Below are positions 25,586-38,054 of a stretch of DNA of 64,000 nt, piece after piece (the first letter of the stretch is position 1; each line of letters opens with the position of its first letter). Position numbers and translations under genes: made by a program. Source of the stretch: Tubulanus polymorphus (taxonomy: Eukaryota > Animalia > Nemertea); NCBI RefSeq assembly GCF_964204645.1, contig NC_134034.1:10366962-10430961 (forward strand), written 5' to 3'. The notes beneath the pieces are model-generated. The model was given only the letters and a program-made list of their open reading frames with translations, ran no database searches and was not told the DNA's origin.

Positions 25586-27138
25586 CATCTATATGAATTC
25601 AGTTCTGTGCAGATTTGAACGGTTCAACGAAGCCCTGTTTATCGAGCGTTTCCTCTACGCACGTGTAACGCGCGCCCCTCGTCAAAATTACATAAACCAT
25701 TTTTGCATCGTTGACGCTATTGAGTCAGCATTGTAGACCACAACCTGTTACATTCAATCACATAAAGACTCAATCAAACCGTGTCGTCTCAGTTCATTTA
25801 TGTCTATTACGGAGCGCAAATTGTTTCGGCAAACAATATCAATTCTGTTTGCTAATATTGTTCGTTAGAATTTTCTGATTTTCATATGTATGTAGATGCG
25901 CGTTGAGTCCGATAACGAACAGCCGAAATTCATTCTTAGAAATTATCAACGAAGTATTTTTGATTTCACCCTATGCGAAAAAACCATTTTACGAAGAATG
26001 ACGTTCAAAGGTCATGAAAAAAACCCAGAAAAATCCACATCGTTCGAAGCGCATTGCAAATTTCTGCCGTGTCGTTGTTACGATGTCGGATGACTGACGG
26101 GCGGGCCGGCGGCCGGCCGGGCGGAAATGAAAGCAACACGTAACACTCTAAAAGAGAACGTGTCGATATCCGACTAACTAATCCTCTCAAAGCCACGCGA
26201 TATGTTTGGGAACTTGACAAGTGTTTTTTCGGAGCTTTTGACATTTGACGAGTTAAACACAAAAAAACCGGCTCGATGCGTCCTTTGGCTTTTTTTGTTT
26301 GTTTGTAAACTATTTTTTGCCGCGGCTGTCATTTGGGAGCTGGACGGCGTTTGTACTATGGAAATAGCGAGGCGCGTTTCGATCGTGTCGAAATGGACAA
26401 CTTTAAACAGTCGCTTTCTCGCGCTGAGCACCGCGAATCAATGGACTTTCGTTTCGCCGCGGAATTTTCAAGCCGCCGGGCAGCTGCAGACGATCGCTCG
26501 CTCGCGCACGCGCGTTAACGTGTCACCTGCGCGTGACTCGTCAAAGCACCCCCTTTGTTCTACGGAGGGTAATTAATCACGGACGCGCGTAGGCCCGGTG
26601 ATCCACCGCAGTTGAATTTAACTCGGGAAAGACCAGCGAGCAATGATACTCAGCCAGCGCGTGCGCGTATTTTACTCCGGCGGAAGGTTATCACGTCGAA
26701 CCGCTTCCGAGGATCGACTCTTCGCCGCGGAGTGATTTCATAAATAAACCAGACTTGTCAGCGCGCGTTGCCCGGCGAGCGGTGAATATTGTCTAGCGCG
26801 CGTGGCGGGCCTGATTGCCGGTTGTTTCCCGAACGCGTGGCCCATCTCCACCGGCGAAGGAAACCAGAACTTGTTACGATTTTCCCATTTCCTGATCATT
26901 GTCTGCCATTTTCCTGTCGCTCGTTGCAAGAAGTGTCACCCGCGTTTCGGCTGTTGTGAAATCAACGCCAACACCGGTGGGTTTTTGTTTGAAAAAAATA
27001 AACTATACAATTGACCTTGTTTTATAACAGTGATATGTAGGTTAAAAAGTTGGACTACTTAAATTTGGAGTTGAGATTCTAATTCCCGTAACTGACAAAA
27101 AAATTATGATATTTTTGTCGAGAAAACCGCGTATAAGC

Positions 27139-27998
27139 ACCGCAGTAAGAGAGACAGAGTCTACTGTATTTCACAAACTCTTACTCAGTATTTGACACCA
27201 ACTCGCGGTAGAATTTTACCAGTCTCAACTTTACTGCAGTAAGAGACAGAGTCTACTGTATTTCACAAACTCTTACTCGGTATTTGACACCAACTCGGGG
27301 TAGAATTTTACCAGTCTCAACTTTACCGCAGTAAGAGACAGAGTCAACTGTATTTCACAAACTCTTACTCAGTATTTGACACCAACTCGGGGTAGAATTT
27401 TACCAGTCTCAACTTTACCGCAATAAGAGACAGAGTCTACTGTATTTTACAAACTCTTACTCAGTATTTGACACCAACTCGCGGCAGAATTTTACCAGTC
27501 TCAACTTTACCGCAGTAAGAGACTGAGTCCACTGTATTTCACAAACTCTTACTCAGTATTTATTGACACCAACTCGGGGTAGAATTTTACCCGTTTCAAT
27601 TTTACCGCAGTATGAGGCATATTCACACCAAAATTGGTGCTTAAATTTAGCGTTACAACTAAAACCAGAGTCTACTGTATTTTACAAACTCTTACTCAGT
27701 ATTTGACACCAACTCGCGGCAGAATTTTACCAGTCTCAACTTTACCGCAGTAAGAGACAGAGTCTACTGTATTTCACAAACTCTTACTCAGTATTTGACA
27801 CAAACTCGGGGAAGAATTTTACCAGTCTCAACTTTACCGCAGTAAGAGACTGAGTCCACTGTATTTCACAAAAACTCTTACTCAGTATTTATTGACACCA
27901 ACTCTTGGTAGAATTTTACCCGTTTCAATTTTACCGCAGTATGAGGCATATTCACACCAAAATTGGTGCTTAAATTTCGCGTTACAACTAAAACCAGC
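27139..27998 (-). repeat. 92-bp tandem repeat family (array 3, reverse) with a higher-order duplication
   Basis: Reverse-complement units. The variant block ending tatgaggcatattcacaccaaaattggtgcttaaatt occurs twice (about 27610 and 27940). Confidence 0.92.
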
Positions 27999-28405
27999 TG
28001 TAATTCTAATTCAACATCTGTGAATGTAATCTTAATCATTTCTCCGTTTCCTGATAATCAACGAATTCTATTTGGTTACCAGGGCGCAACTGTTCACAGA
28101 CTACACTTCAGGTATAGGTGTGAATCCCCCACGGACAGAGACGTCAAAAGGACGCTATACACCCTCTTGACCGATGTCACGAAAGTATTTGAATGGCGTG
28201 TCAACAGGTTGCGGCAACCGTACTCGAGAGGCATTCGCTGACCTCCTCAATCTGTTTATCAAACGCGCTAATCCACGACGCATTGGAGGAGCCTCTGCGA
28301 GTTATGTCAATATTTGAAATTAAACGTTAGTTGTCGGAAGCTTATAAAGCAGCGCGTATCTATAACAGCTTCTGTTTCCAGGCCCCCCGTTAGCGATTTT
28401 GAAAT

Positions 28406-29335
28406 TCAGAATGTATGATTCACCTGCAGCAGATTCACTCGGGGAATTTCTCTACTCGCCTGCAGCAGATTCACTCGGGGAATTTCTCCACTCACCTGCA
28501 GCAGATTCACTCCGGGAATTTCTCCATTCACCTGCAGCAGATTCACTCGGGGAATTTCTCCATTCACCTGCAGTAGATTCACTCGGGGAATTTCTCCACT
28601 CGCCTGCAGCAGATTCACTCGGGGAATTTCTCCACTCACCTGCAGCAGATTCACTCCGGGAATTTCTCCATTCACCTGCAGGAGATTCACTCGGGGAATT
28701 TCTCCATTCACCTGCAGCAGATTCACTCAGGGAATCTCTCCATTCGCCTGCAGCAGATTCACTCGGGGAATTTCTCCACTCACCTGCAGTAGATTCACTC
28801 GGGGAATTTCTCCACTCACCTGCAGCAGATTCACTCCGGGAATTTCTCCATTCACCTGCAGCAGATTCACTCGGGGAATTTCTCCATTCACCTGCAGTAG
28901 ATTCACTCGGGGTATTTCTCCACTCGCCTGCAGCAGATTCACTCGGGGAATTTCTCCACTCACCTGCAGCAGATTCACTCCGGGAATTTCTCCATTCACC
29001 TGCCGCAGATTCACTCGGGGAATTTCTCCATTCACCTGCAGCAGATTCACTCAGGGAATCTCTCCATTCGCCTGCAGCAGATTCACTCGGGGAATTTCTC
29101 CACTCACCTGCAGCAGATTCACTCCGGGAATTTCTCCATTCACCTGCAGCAGATTCACTCGGGGAATTTCTCCATTCACCTGCAGCAGATTCACTCGGGG
29201 AATCTCCCCATTCACCTGCAGTAGATTCACTCGGGGAATTTCTCCATTCACCTGCGGCAGATTCACTCAGGGAATTTCTCCATTCACCTGCTGCAGATTC
29301 ACTTATTCCTCCACTCACCTGCAGCAGATTCACGC
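28406..29335 (+). repeat. 36-bp minisatellite (about 25 units)
   Basis: Unit ttcacctgcagcagattcactcggggaatttctcca; produces 12-aa periodic ORFs on both strands. Confidence 0.97.
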
Positions 29336-30529
29336 GTGGAATCTGATCTTTAACGCGGAAGACTCCGAGTATTTGTTTAAGGAGACGATGAATACACATT
29401 TTTACCAAACGCCTAAGGTTTAACGAATTGTACGAATATATTTATCTAGTCCTGTAAATATTTGTAAATTCTTCTCAAGTTTCACGATTCATATACATTC
29501 AGGTATATATTAACTCGGTCAGCCTAATTCGTAAGGCCTAACGCCTGTTTTTAGTTATTCCTTAGCCGACGACGGTCCCTGGTTAGAATTCGAAACGTCG
29601 TTTCATTTTGACTTTACGATGCTCGATGAAGAAATTCTAATCTTAATTTCAATTTTGATTTCATCTTTTATAAACTAGTATGTAATGGGTTGTTATGTAC
29701 CGGGGGTTGGGCGGGGGAAGGGGGGCTATTTTATATTATCATGTAGACATGTCTGCGATGATTCTATCACGATTACTGCAAGCCTGGTTTGAATAACCAT
29801 TGAGAAAACAGGGAAAGCTTTTCGCGTGATTGTTTTGTTTTGACTTGGGTAGATGATTGAATACTGAGGTAGACAATACGGTTAGGTTCGGCCGGCTTTG
29901 TTTGGCCGTGTATCCGGCGTGTCGCGACCGCAAACAAACGCGATAAAAATATCAAAAAATTACGAGTTTTTACGATTCCTCGCCTTTAGAATTGGCTCCG
30001 AATCGCTGACACAATAGCTCCGGTAAAAACGCGAAAAACTGTCGGGGGTATATAGCCGCGAAGCTTTCGCGTATCCTTGCAGACAGTGTTGAGAAGTTGC
30101 CAGCAGGGGGTAGTCATCGAAATCCTCTTACGACGCGTCATTCCGTGTCTTCCTGTCGGCAGGTTTAATTGGTATTTAATAAGTACTCGATAGAAACGGC
30201 CGCGTATAGAAGCATTGTTCGAGCGTTGACTTACCCGGTGCTCGCATTATAGCCAGCAAGCCGTCGTGTATGTCGGAACCTCCTTGGCGCGCACGCTGAG
30301 ATGTCAACCACGGGAGTCATCTTGTTTCGGAAATATAACGCGCAATAAAAATATTCGCGCTTTTTTAGTCGTTACTGCAGATGCATCTCGGCCAACATGA
30401 CGCGCATTATCTATGACGATAGACTTCTCCTATCCTCAGTGCGAACCCGTGTCATTTACTCATATACGAGTATAACGCAGGGACCCAGAACACCGATTAA
30501 GAGTGAAGAATATCTGAGTGGACTGTGTG

Positions 30530-30971
30530 ACTTACTGCGGTCAAGTTGAGACTGGTAAAATTCAACCCCGGGTTGGTGTCAAATACTGAGTAAGAGTTTG
30601 TAAAATACAGTAGACTCTGTCTCTTACTGCGGTAAAGCTGAGACTGGTAAAGTTCTGCCGCGAGTTGGTGTCAAATACTGAGTAAGAGTTTGTGAAATAC
30701 AGTAGAATCTGTCTCTTACTGCGGTAAAGTTGAGACTGGTGAAATTGTGCCGCGAGTTGGTGTCAAATACTGAGTAAGAGTTTGTGAAATACAGTAGAAT
30801 CTGTCTCTTACTGCGGTAAAGTTGAGACTGGTAAAATTCTACCCCGAGTTGGTGTCAAATACTGAGTAAGAGTTGGTGAAATACGGTATAGAATCTGTTG
30901 TCTTACCGCGGTAAAGTTGAGACTGGTAAAATTCTACCCCGAGTTGGTGTCAAATACTGAGTATGAGTTTG
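30530..30971 (+). repeat. 92-bp tandem repeat family (array 4)
   Basis: Same unit. Confidence 0.93.
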
Positions 30972-31404
30972 AGGAATGATCCCAACAGAATATATCAAGT
31001 AGATGGTCTTAGTTAATTGTAACGCCCGCTGTGATTCGGCTGACTTGAGAACTTTGATGCTAGAACCTCAGTCGACGGGCGGCCGTGACAACCTTTTCAA
31101 ATTTGATATTATATCTTAATTAATCTAATTTCGGATTTCGCGTAAACATGCATGTATTATTGTATATAAACACAATCGATCCTTTGCAAGATGCTGCCAC
31201 CACGCTTCGATATGTTACATGTCAGCGTAACAGGGCTAGCCGGCAACAGCTTGTTGCGTTATTGTCAGTGGCAACATCTTGATATCGGTCACGATCATTG
31301 TATGTACCAATAAGCGCGTTACATTGTTAGCACGTGGCTGACTGGCGCTATTCAATAAATTCTATTCATGCCTTAAGCTGATGTTACCCCATCCAATCTC
31401 GTTT

Positions 31405-32090
31405 TCTCTCTCTCTCCCTCTCTCCTTCTCCCTCTCCCTCTCTCCCTCTCTCCCTCTCTCCCTCTCTCCCTCTCTCCCTCTCTCCCTCTCTCCCTCTCTC
31501 CCTCTCTCCCTCTCTCCCTCTCTCCCTCTCTCCCTCTCTCCCTCTCTCCCTCTCTCCCTCTCTCCCTCTCTCCCTCTCTCCCTCTCTCCCTCTCTCCCTC
31601 TCTCCCTCTCTCCCTCTCTCCCTCTCTCCCTCTCTCCCTCTCTCCCTCTCTCCCTCTCTCCCTCTCTCCCTCTCTCCCTCTCTCCCTCTCTCCCTCTCTC
31701 CCTCTCTCCCTCTCTCCCTCTCTCCCTCTCTCCCTCTCTCCCTCTCTCCCTCTCTCCCTCTCTCCCTCTCTCCCTCTCTCCCTCTCTCCCTCTCTCCATC
31801 TCTCCCTCTCTCCCTCTCTCCCTCTCTCCCTCTCCCTCTCCCTCTCCCTCTCCCTCTCCCTCTCCCTCTCCCTCTCTCCCTCTCTCCCTCTCTCCCTCTC
31901 TCCCTCTCTCCCTCTCTCCCTCTCTCCCTCTCTCCCTCTCTCCCTCTCCCTCTCCCTCTCCCTCTCCCTCTCCCTCTCCCTCTCCCTCTCCCTCTCCCTC
32001 TCTCCCTCTCTCCCTCTCTCCCTCTCTCCCTCTCTCCCTCTCTCCATCTCTCCCTCTCTCCCTCTCTCCCTCTCCCTCTCCCTCTCCCTC
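31405..32090. repeat. Compound CT-rich microsatellite (CCCTCTCT/CCCTCT)
   Basis: About 690-nt almost pure polypyrimidine tract. Confidence 0.97.
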
Positions 32091-34437
32091 ATTTCAGAAA
32101 CGCTGGGTATAAGACACATGCTCTTGTCGTTTGTTTTCACCTTCTCAACTTTACAGTTCAGAGCCTGAATTGGAATGGGTTTATTCTCGTAACGGGTCAA
32201 TAAAAGACTGTTCGGCTAAAACGCACATTTCCATTCTTGTTCTCTATAGGGGTAGTTCTAGAAACTTAATCGGCTTTCAAAAACTTTACGCTGGTAATTG
32301 CAAGGGGTCATTCGGTTCGGGATAAGCCTTTTGTTTCGAATCTGAATATACGTTGACCCTAACCTAATAGCGACCTTTAAAACAAAGCACATGGGGTTTA
32401 ATTAAGCAGGACCTCAGACATGTTTATGGTGTTTCTGTGAGTAGAGAAATATTGTGAGAAATGTTAGGGTGCGATTCCATTTTCATGGCCATTCAAAACT
32501 ATACGCCAGTGCACAGAGCCATGCATGGCTAATTATATAATGATCGCATTTCAACATTTCGTCCCTGCAAACACCCAAGTCTACCATACCTTAGCCCCCC
32601 AAAAAATTAAGTTAAAATGAAAGTGTCGGTAACGCATTTTCTGAAAGCCTATGCTATGGCTCAAGAATGGCTCAAGACAATAAGTGTGCAGGGAATAAGG
32701 AACTAACGAGATGACGAGATGAGGTGGCGGCAGGTGGTAGTCTCCCTAACCGTTGTTCAAATGCAATACATCTTTTCAGTCATTAATTGAAAAATTCGAA
32801 TTAAATTCTGTGATCTGTAATTGATTTTTGCCTGGGCTCCGTCACTCGCGCCGCCGCCGCGCGCGGGCCAATCAAAAATCAAGGTATAGCTCGACGTGTG
32901 ACGTCACACGCCGCGCACCTGTTGCACGCGGGACCGTATCCCGGACGCGTGTGCGGATCCGGCCCATAAAATGATTCCAGCAATTGCGCAGGGCATAGTC
33001 AGGATTTCCAACGGGGCGGATCCAGAGGCCAATATTGAAGGACTTTTACATCCTATAAAAGGGCACTTCAATGTCCACAAAGGCAAGATTACGCGGGCAC
33101 TATATCTGAAAAGCAAACTCACCAATTATCTTTTGGTGACGAAATAGAAGTATGGTATATATCTATAACTCATCACAGTTGTACAAACTGGTTTGATGGG
33201 AAACATAGTTTTACAATAGTTTTACAGTTGGCAGTCTACTGACGACTGCGGAATAAGAGTATGACAAAAGGTTATGTTATAGGATAAACATCATACAGAG
33301 ATGATAAACTTTCTGGTATGGTTCGAGGACCCTGAGGTGGAACTTTCTTCGTTTAAATATTCTAATAAGAAGGCATTGTAATTTCTTATATTGGTTCAGT
33401 GAGCTATTAGCTAGTTAGTTAGTTCACTATTAGCTAGTTAATTAGTGAATTTGTAAACAGATGGATTGTAGTAGTCAGACAAAAAGTTTCTTCTCAGGGT
33501 CTCATAGAATGTGCATTCCATTGATGCATGATATTGGTCTCAAAGGGTACTCACAAAAATTGCTGGACTTGTACAAGTCTCTTCATGACCCCCCCCCCCC
33601 CCCTGGCTCCACTCCTGTCAAAAAGTTGTAGGCACGAAAAGTTAACACACGATGTTCGTATATATGAATCATGTCAGTTTATACAAAAGAACAGCCTGCA
33701 AATACTCAGACGTCAATAAGATTAGGACCCAGTTTATACAATTTTCAAATATTGAAATAGAAGAGATAATAATTCGAGACATCGACGTTTCCATTAAGTA
33801 TTAGATTTTGATTTTAAAACTTGATCATTTCAATTCGTATCTAATAATTTGTATTGAGTGGATTTCAATCTTATGTTACTCGTTGATTTTCATTTCGCTT
33901 TCAAACGAAATCGAGATAAGAAAATTACAAACATGACGCTTTAATTTTCTCGCGAAATCGTACCCGGGTCGCTGCGTATATTGTGAGACAGTCCCCTGGA
34001 TTAAGATGGCTCCATTTTTTTCGAGATTTTGTATAGAATTTCGTTTGCAAAACCCGTCAGTGAATGGACGGGCGTATATTGATGGATTGGATACGACTTG
34101 GAAAAACGTTAAAACGCGACGCCGACGCCGGAGTCTGCTACGGTTCCCAGTCCGCGCGCGCGCCCGGTCACCGGTCGAACAATGGCGCCGGGTCATATAC
34201 TTGTGAAACGGAAAAGATGCTCGGTTGTAAAAAATTTCGAAAACAAAAACATCTTACGTCGAACATCTGATAGATTCACACGAATATATACATAACATCA
34301 TCCGTCATCCGTCATGCGACATACACGGTGAAAACCTATTTGTATTAAACATTTGAATTAATTATTTCCTATTCATCATTCATATTTTCACTCATCTAGA
34401 CACAAGATTTTGTCGGTCTAGATCCATGCATACGGTG

Positions 34438-35063
34438 TTGTGTGCGTTTAATTTGACTCTGAACCCAGTTCCACAGGGGTTTGATTTGACTCTGGATCCA
34501 GTTCCACAGTTTGTGTGGGTTTGATTTGACTCTGGATCCAGTTCAAACAGTTGCGTGGGTTTAATTTGACTCTGGATCCAGTTCCACAGTTGTGTGGGTT
34601 TAATTTGACTCTGGATCCAGTTCCACAGTTGTGTGGGTTTAATTTGACTCTTGATCCAGTTTCACAGTTGTGTGGGTTTAATTTGACTCTGGATCCAGTT
34701 CCACAGTTTGTGTGTGGGTTTGATTTAACTCTGGATCCAGTGCCACAGTTATACGGATTTGATTTTTCTTTGAACTCAGTTCCAAAGTTGCGAAGGGTTT
34801 AATTTGACTCTGGATCCAGTTCCACAGTTATGTGGGTTTAATTTGACTCTGGATCCAGTTCCACAGTTGTGTGGGTTTAATCGGACTCTGGATCCAGTTC
34901 AAACATTTGTGTGGGTTTAATTGGACTCTGGATCCAGTTCCACAGTTGTGTGTGTTTAATTTGACTCTGGATCCAGTTCCACAGTTGTGTGGGTTTAATT
35001 TGACTCTGGATCCAGTTCCACAGTTGTGTGGGTTTAATTTGACTCTGAATCCAGTTCCACGGT
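34438..35063 (+). repeat. 39-bp tandem repeat family (array 5)
   Basis: Same unit. Confidence 0.95.
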
Positions 35064-35431
35064 TTTAAAGGTTATATGGGTTTATCCAGGGCCTATACTC
35101 GCAGTTGGAGTACGTATAATCCAACTCTGAACCACTCCCATACGCTATAACCATCTATTTCAATGCCTTGACAATTTTTAACTTTTACGTCATTTTACGT
35201 CAAATTATACGTTTTAGGGATCGTACGGCGGAGTTATTTGCCAAACAATTAATCTGTATTTATTGCTGCGTACGTTTATTGCTCAAGCACCTGTACCTTT
35301 CAAGCGGCTCGCAATTTCATCCCCACAAAAACCCCCTTACGCGCTTTTATCCATTGTTATGCGATTATTTTTCGCAACGGCGTAAAACGATATATAAAAC
35401 AAAATATTTTTCAAAAGTCGAATTTAATTCG

Positions 35432-35512
35432 AGAGGGAGAGGGAGAGGCAGAGGCAGAGGCAGAGAGGCAGAGGCAGAGAGGCAGAGGCAGAGAGGCAGA
35501 GGCAGAGGCAGT
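35432..35512. repeat. (GGCAGA)n microsatellite
   Basis: Direct inspection. Confidence 0.9.
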
Positions 35513-36334
35513 GGCAACGTCATTTTGTGTGCGCTGTTTTTCACCTGAAGTATGAATGGGTTTTCGTTAATCGTATTTTCAACGGGTAATTGCTTATTCT
35601 CTAAACACAGCGCACACACGATCGATTACATCCGACTTAAAATTAACGACTTGTTGATTTCCATTCGACGACGGAAACCATATTTGAATCGTCTGTCTAA
35701 TCGGATCGATTTGTATCGGACACGTGCTCACAAACAATAGCCGCCGTCTTCTGGGCGCGTGCGCGGCTTATTATGGTTTCAGTAAGGCGAAGAGTCGCCT
35801 CCAGGTGCGCGAGACATTTACGATCTATAATACGGCTTTAATGCCCTGATATCAAAATAATAGCTTCTATCAGAGAGCGAAAGAGAGAGAGAGGGGGGTC
35901 TGAAATTATTAATGTGGTCTTTTTACTGTTTACTCGGGAGGATTCGGCTTCAGCTGTGAGGGGGAGGGCGTACTCTAAAGAAAGCGTCGTCTGTATTCTC
36001 TATCCCCAGGTCTCTGTCCGGGTCACTCTTACTCCCACCGTCTAGGGGGGGGGGGTGGATAGGGGCTCACAAAGAACTGTTATAGCTATGTTATAGTGTA
36101 GATTCACAACCCACGTGTCTGTTCTACTCGCTACTCTCCCACCACAGCTGAGAAAGAGGTGGTTCACCAAGAACCCATGTGTCTGTTCTACTCGCTACTC
36201 TCCCACCACAGCTGAGAAAGAGGTGGTTCACCAAGAACCCATGTGTCTGATCTATAGTTACTGCTCTTACGCCGTAGCTATGGGGAGAGGGCTTCACCGA
36301 GGTTTATTTCTCAGCACCTTTGAAAGTTGGACGC

Positions 36335-36467
36335 CAGGGGTCGGTTGCTCAAATGTTGGTAAGAGTTAACCAGTGGATAGTTGATATAGTGACAATTGAA
36401 ATTTCATTGTTACTATGGTATTTAACGGCCGGTTATCTTTAGCCAAGTTTTGAGCAACTGGCCCCTG
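36335..36467. mobile_element. Fold-back MITE (about 133 bp)
   Basis: CAGGGGTCGGTTGCTCAAA...TTTGAGCAACTGGCCCCTG; imperfect palindrome along its whole length. Confidence 0.75.
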
Positions 36468-36475
36468 ATCTATAT

Positions 36476-36977
36476 CACCCTCTCCAAGCAGGGATTCGAA
36501 CCTGATGGCATCGAGATTGCCGCGGTAAACCCTGCCACTCTGGACCGAGTGCGCAGCTACACGCGCAGCTTAGAAGATGTCATTATTAGCCAATCGGATA
36601 TCACGTTTTACTTTAGCCCGGGTTTTCCCATTTATAGTTGTTCCTTGAAATTTACCTCAGCGATTATACAACGAGCAATCTGATTGGTGCCGCAGGTTTT
36701 GCCGCGGCAAACCTGTGCAGCAAAGGCCACCTTCGGTTATCTGAGTTAGTCGACTATAGTCGAACTAAACGAAACCGATAATGTCCGTTAGTCGGAACTT
36801 TATTCTGGAAATAGTTCGAAAATCAAGCGCATTCGGTTATTAGTTCCGACCACTAGTCGACTAGATACGAAAACCGAATTTGGCCCAACCTGCGCGACCG
36901 GTCTAGTGTGGCAGGGGTTCGTGCCGTGGCTGAATGAAGCGATGCCATCGGGTTCGAATCCCTTCCGAGCGAGGATG
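36476..36977 (+). mobile_element. MITE family B copy 1 (hAT-like) with nested element at 36725-36885
   Basis: TIRs CACCCTC...GGGATTCGAACCTGATGGCATCG / CGATGCCATCGGGTTCGAATCCC...GAGGATG; flanking duplication GATCTATAT. Confidence 0.8.
36725..36885. mobile_element. Nested MITE (PIF/Harbinger-like GGCC ends); partial copy at about 59399-59452
   Basis: GGCCACCTTCGGTT...AACCGAATTTGGCC; absent from the other two family-B copies. Confidence 0.65.
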
Positions 36978-38054
36978 GATCTATATGCAATCCGTTGAAA
37001 AAATCATATCGTTGAACTAGCATTCTGAATAATCGGGCCTGAGAACAACAGAAGAACCTAATGAATTTTCGGTGGATCGGTGACATATTGCAAAAAGAGT
37101 CATCCGAGTGCAAAATTTATAAATCATCAAACAGTCGGGGAGGGGGGTGTTGAGGGCACGTTTTACAAAACAGCATTAATAAAAAGAGTCATCCAAGTGC
37201 AGGCATTTAAAAAATCGCACAGGCACCAGGGGGTGATTTTTATAAACAAAGTACCAGTAAAAATACAGACACTGCAGGGGTTGATATTCGTAAAGATTAA
37301 AGCCAGTTAAAATAGACATAAAAGTTTTCGAAATATCGCAGTACCGAAAAATGAACTTTTCCGTTATATGTATAGGAAAAACTTTGCCGTACCCGGGTGG
37401 CGAATCATTCACGATTGACCCCGACAGAGATTATTGTCCGGGCCAATTTTCTAATGGGAATGTTTTCACGAAAAACCAATTCATCATTCTATGATAATTA
37501 CACCTGAAATAAACAGAACGGTGAATAAGTTGAATGTTAGTTTTCTATCCATAAAGGGTCTTTTGTTCCCGATCGTTAAGAACGAAAAGGTCGTCAATCA
37601 TGATTTAACTGAATTAAAGAAGTCCTCGAAAATTAGAAGGTCATAGCTCATAGAATCGTTGAACTCGTTGAGAATGAGGAGGTCATGTAACTAATCATAA
37701 TTTTACTGCATCGTTGAAATCATCGAAAATGGGAAGGTCGCGAGTAACTAATCATAATTTTACTGGAATAATCGAAAGCAGCTGAACAAGTCAGTTTGAA
37801 TCGGTGAACCAGGGTATAATTGGTAATTAGTACGATTTGACTGACGCTGGTGTTGACAGGTCCATCCGTCAGGTGGCCAGCCAGCCGTTAGTTTCTATAT
37901 AACGCCTGCCTGCTGTAGTTGATCTGTATTTTAATAAAATAACGATATGGACGATTTACAGTCGATTATTCAATTGACTGTGAATGATTTTTATATGTTG
38001 AACTCCGTTTGAGATGTGTGTGAAGAGAGTCGTTTACGTTTTACTCATTTTCAT

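Noticed and set aside
28399-29408. 315-aa and 318-aa ORFs on opposite strands (SPAADSLGEFLH repeats)
   Set aside because: A by-product of a stop-free 36-bp minisatellite; no domain, splice context or unique coding flanks.
31362-32200. RE/RG-rich and SP/SL-rich ORFs
   Set aside because: Microsatellite translations.
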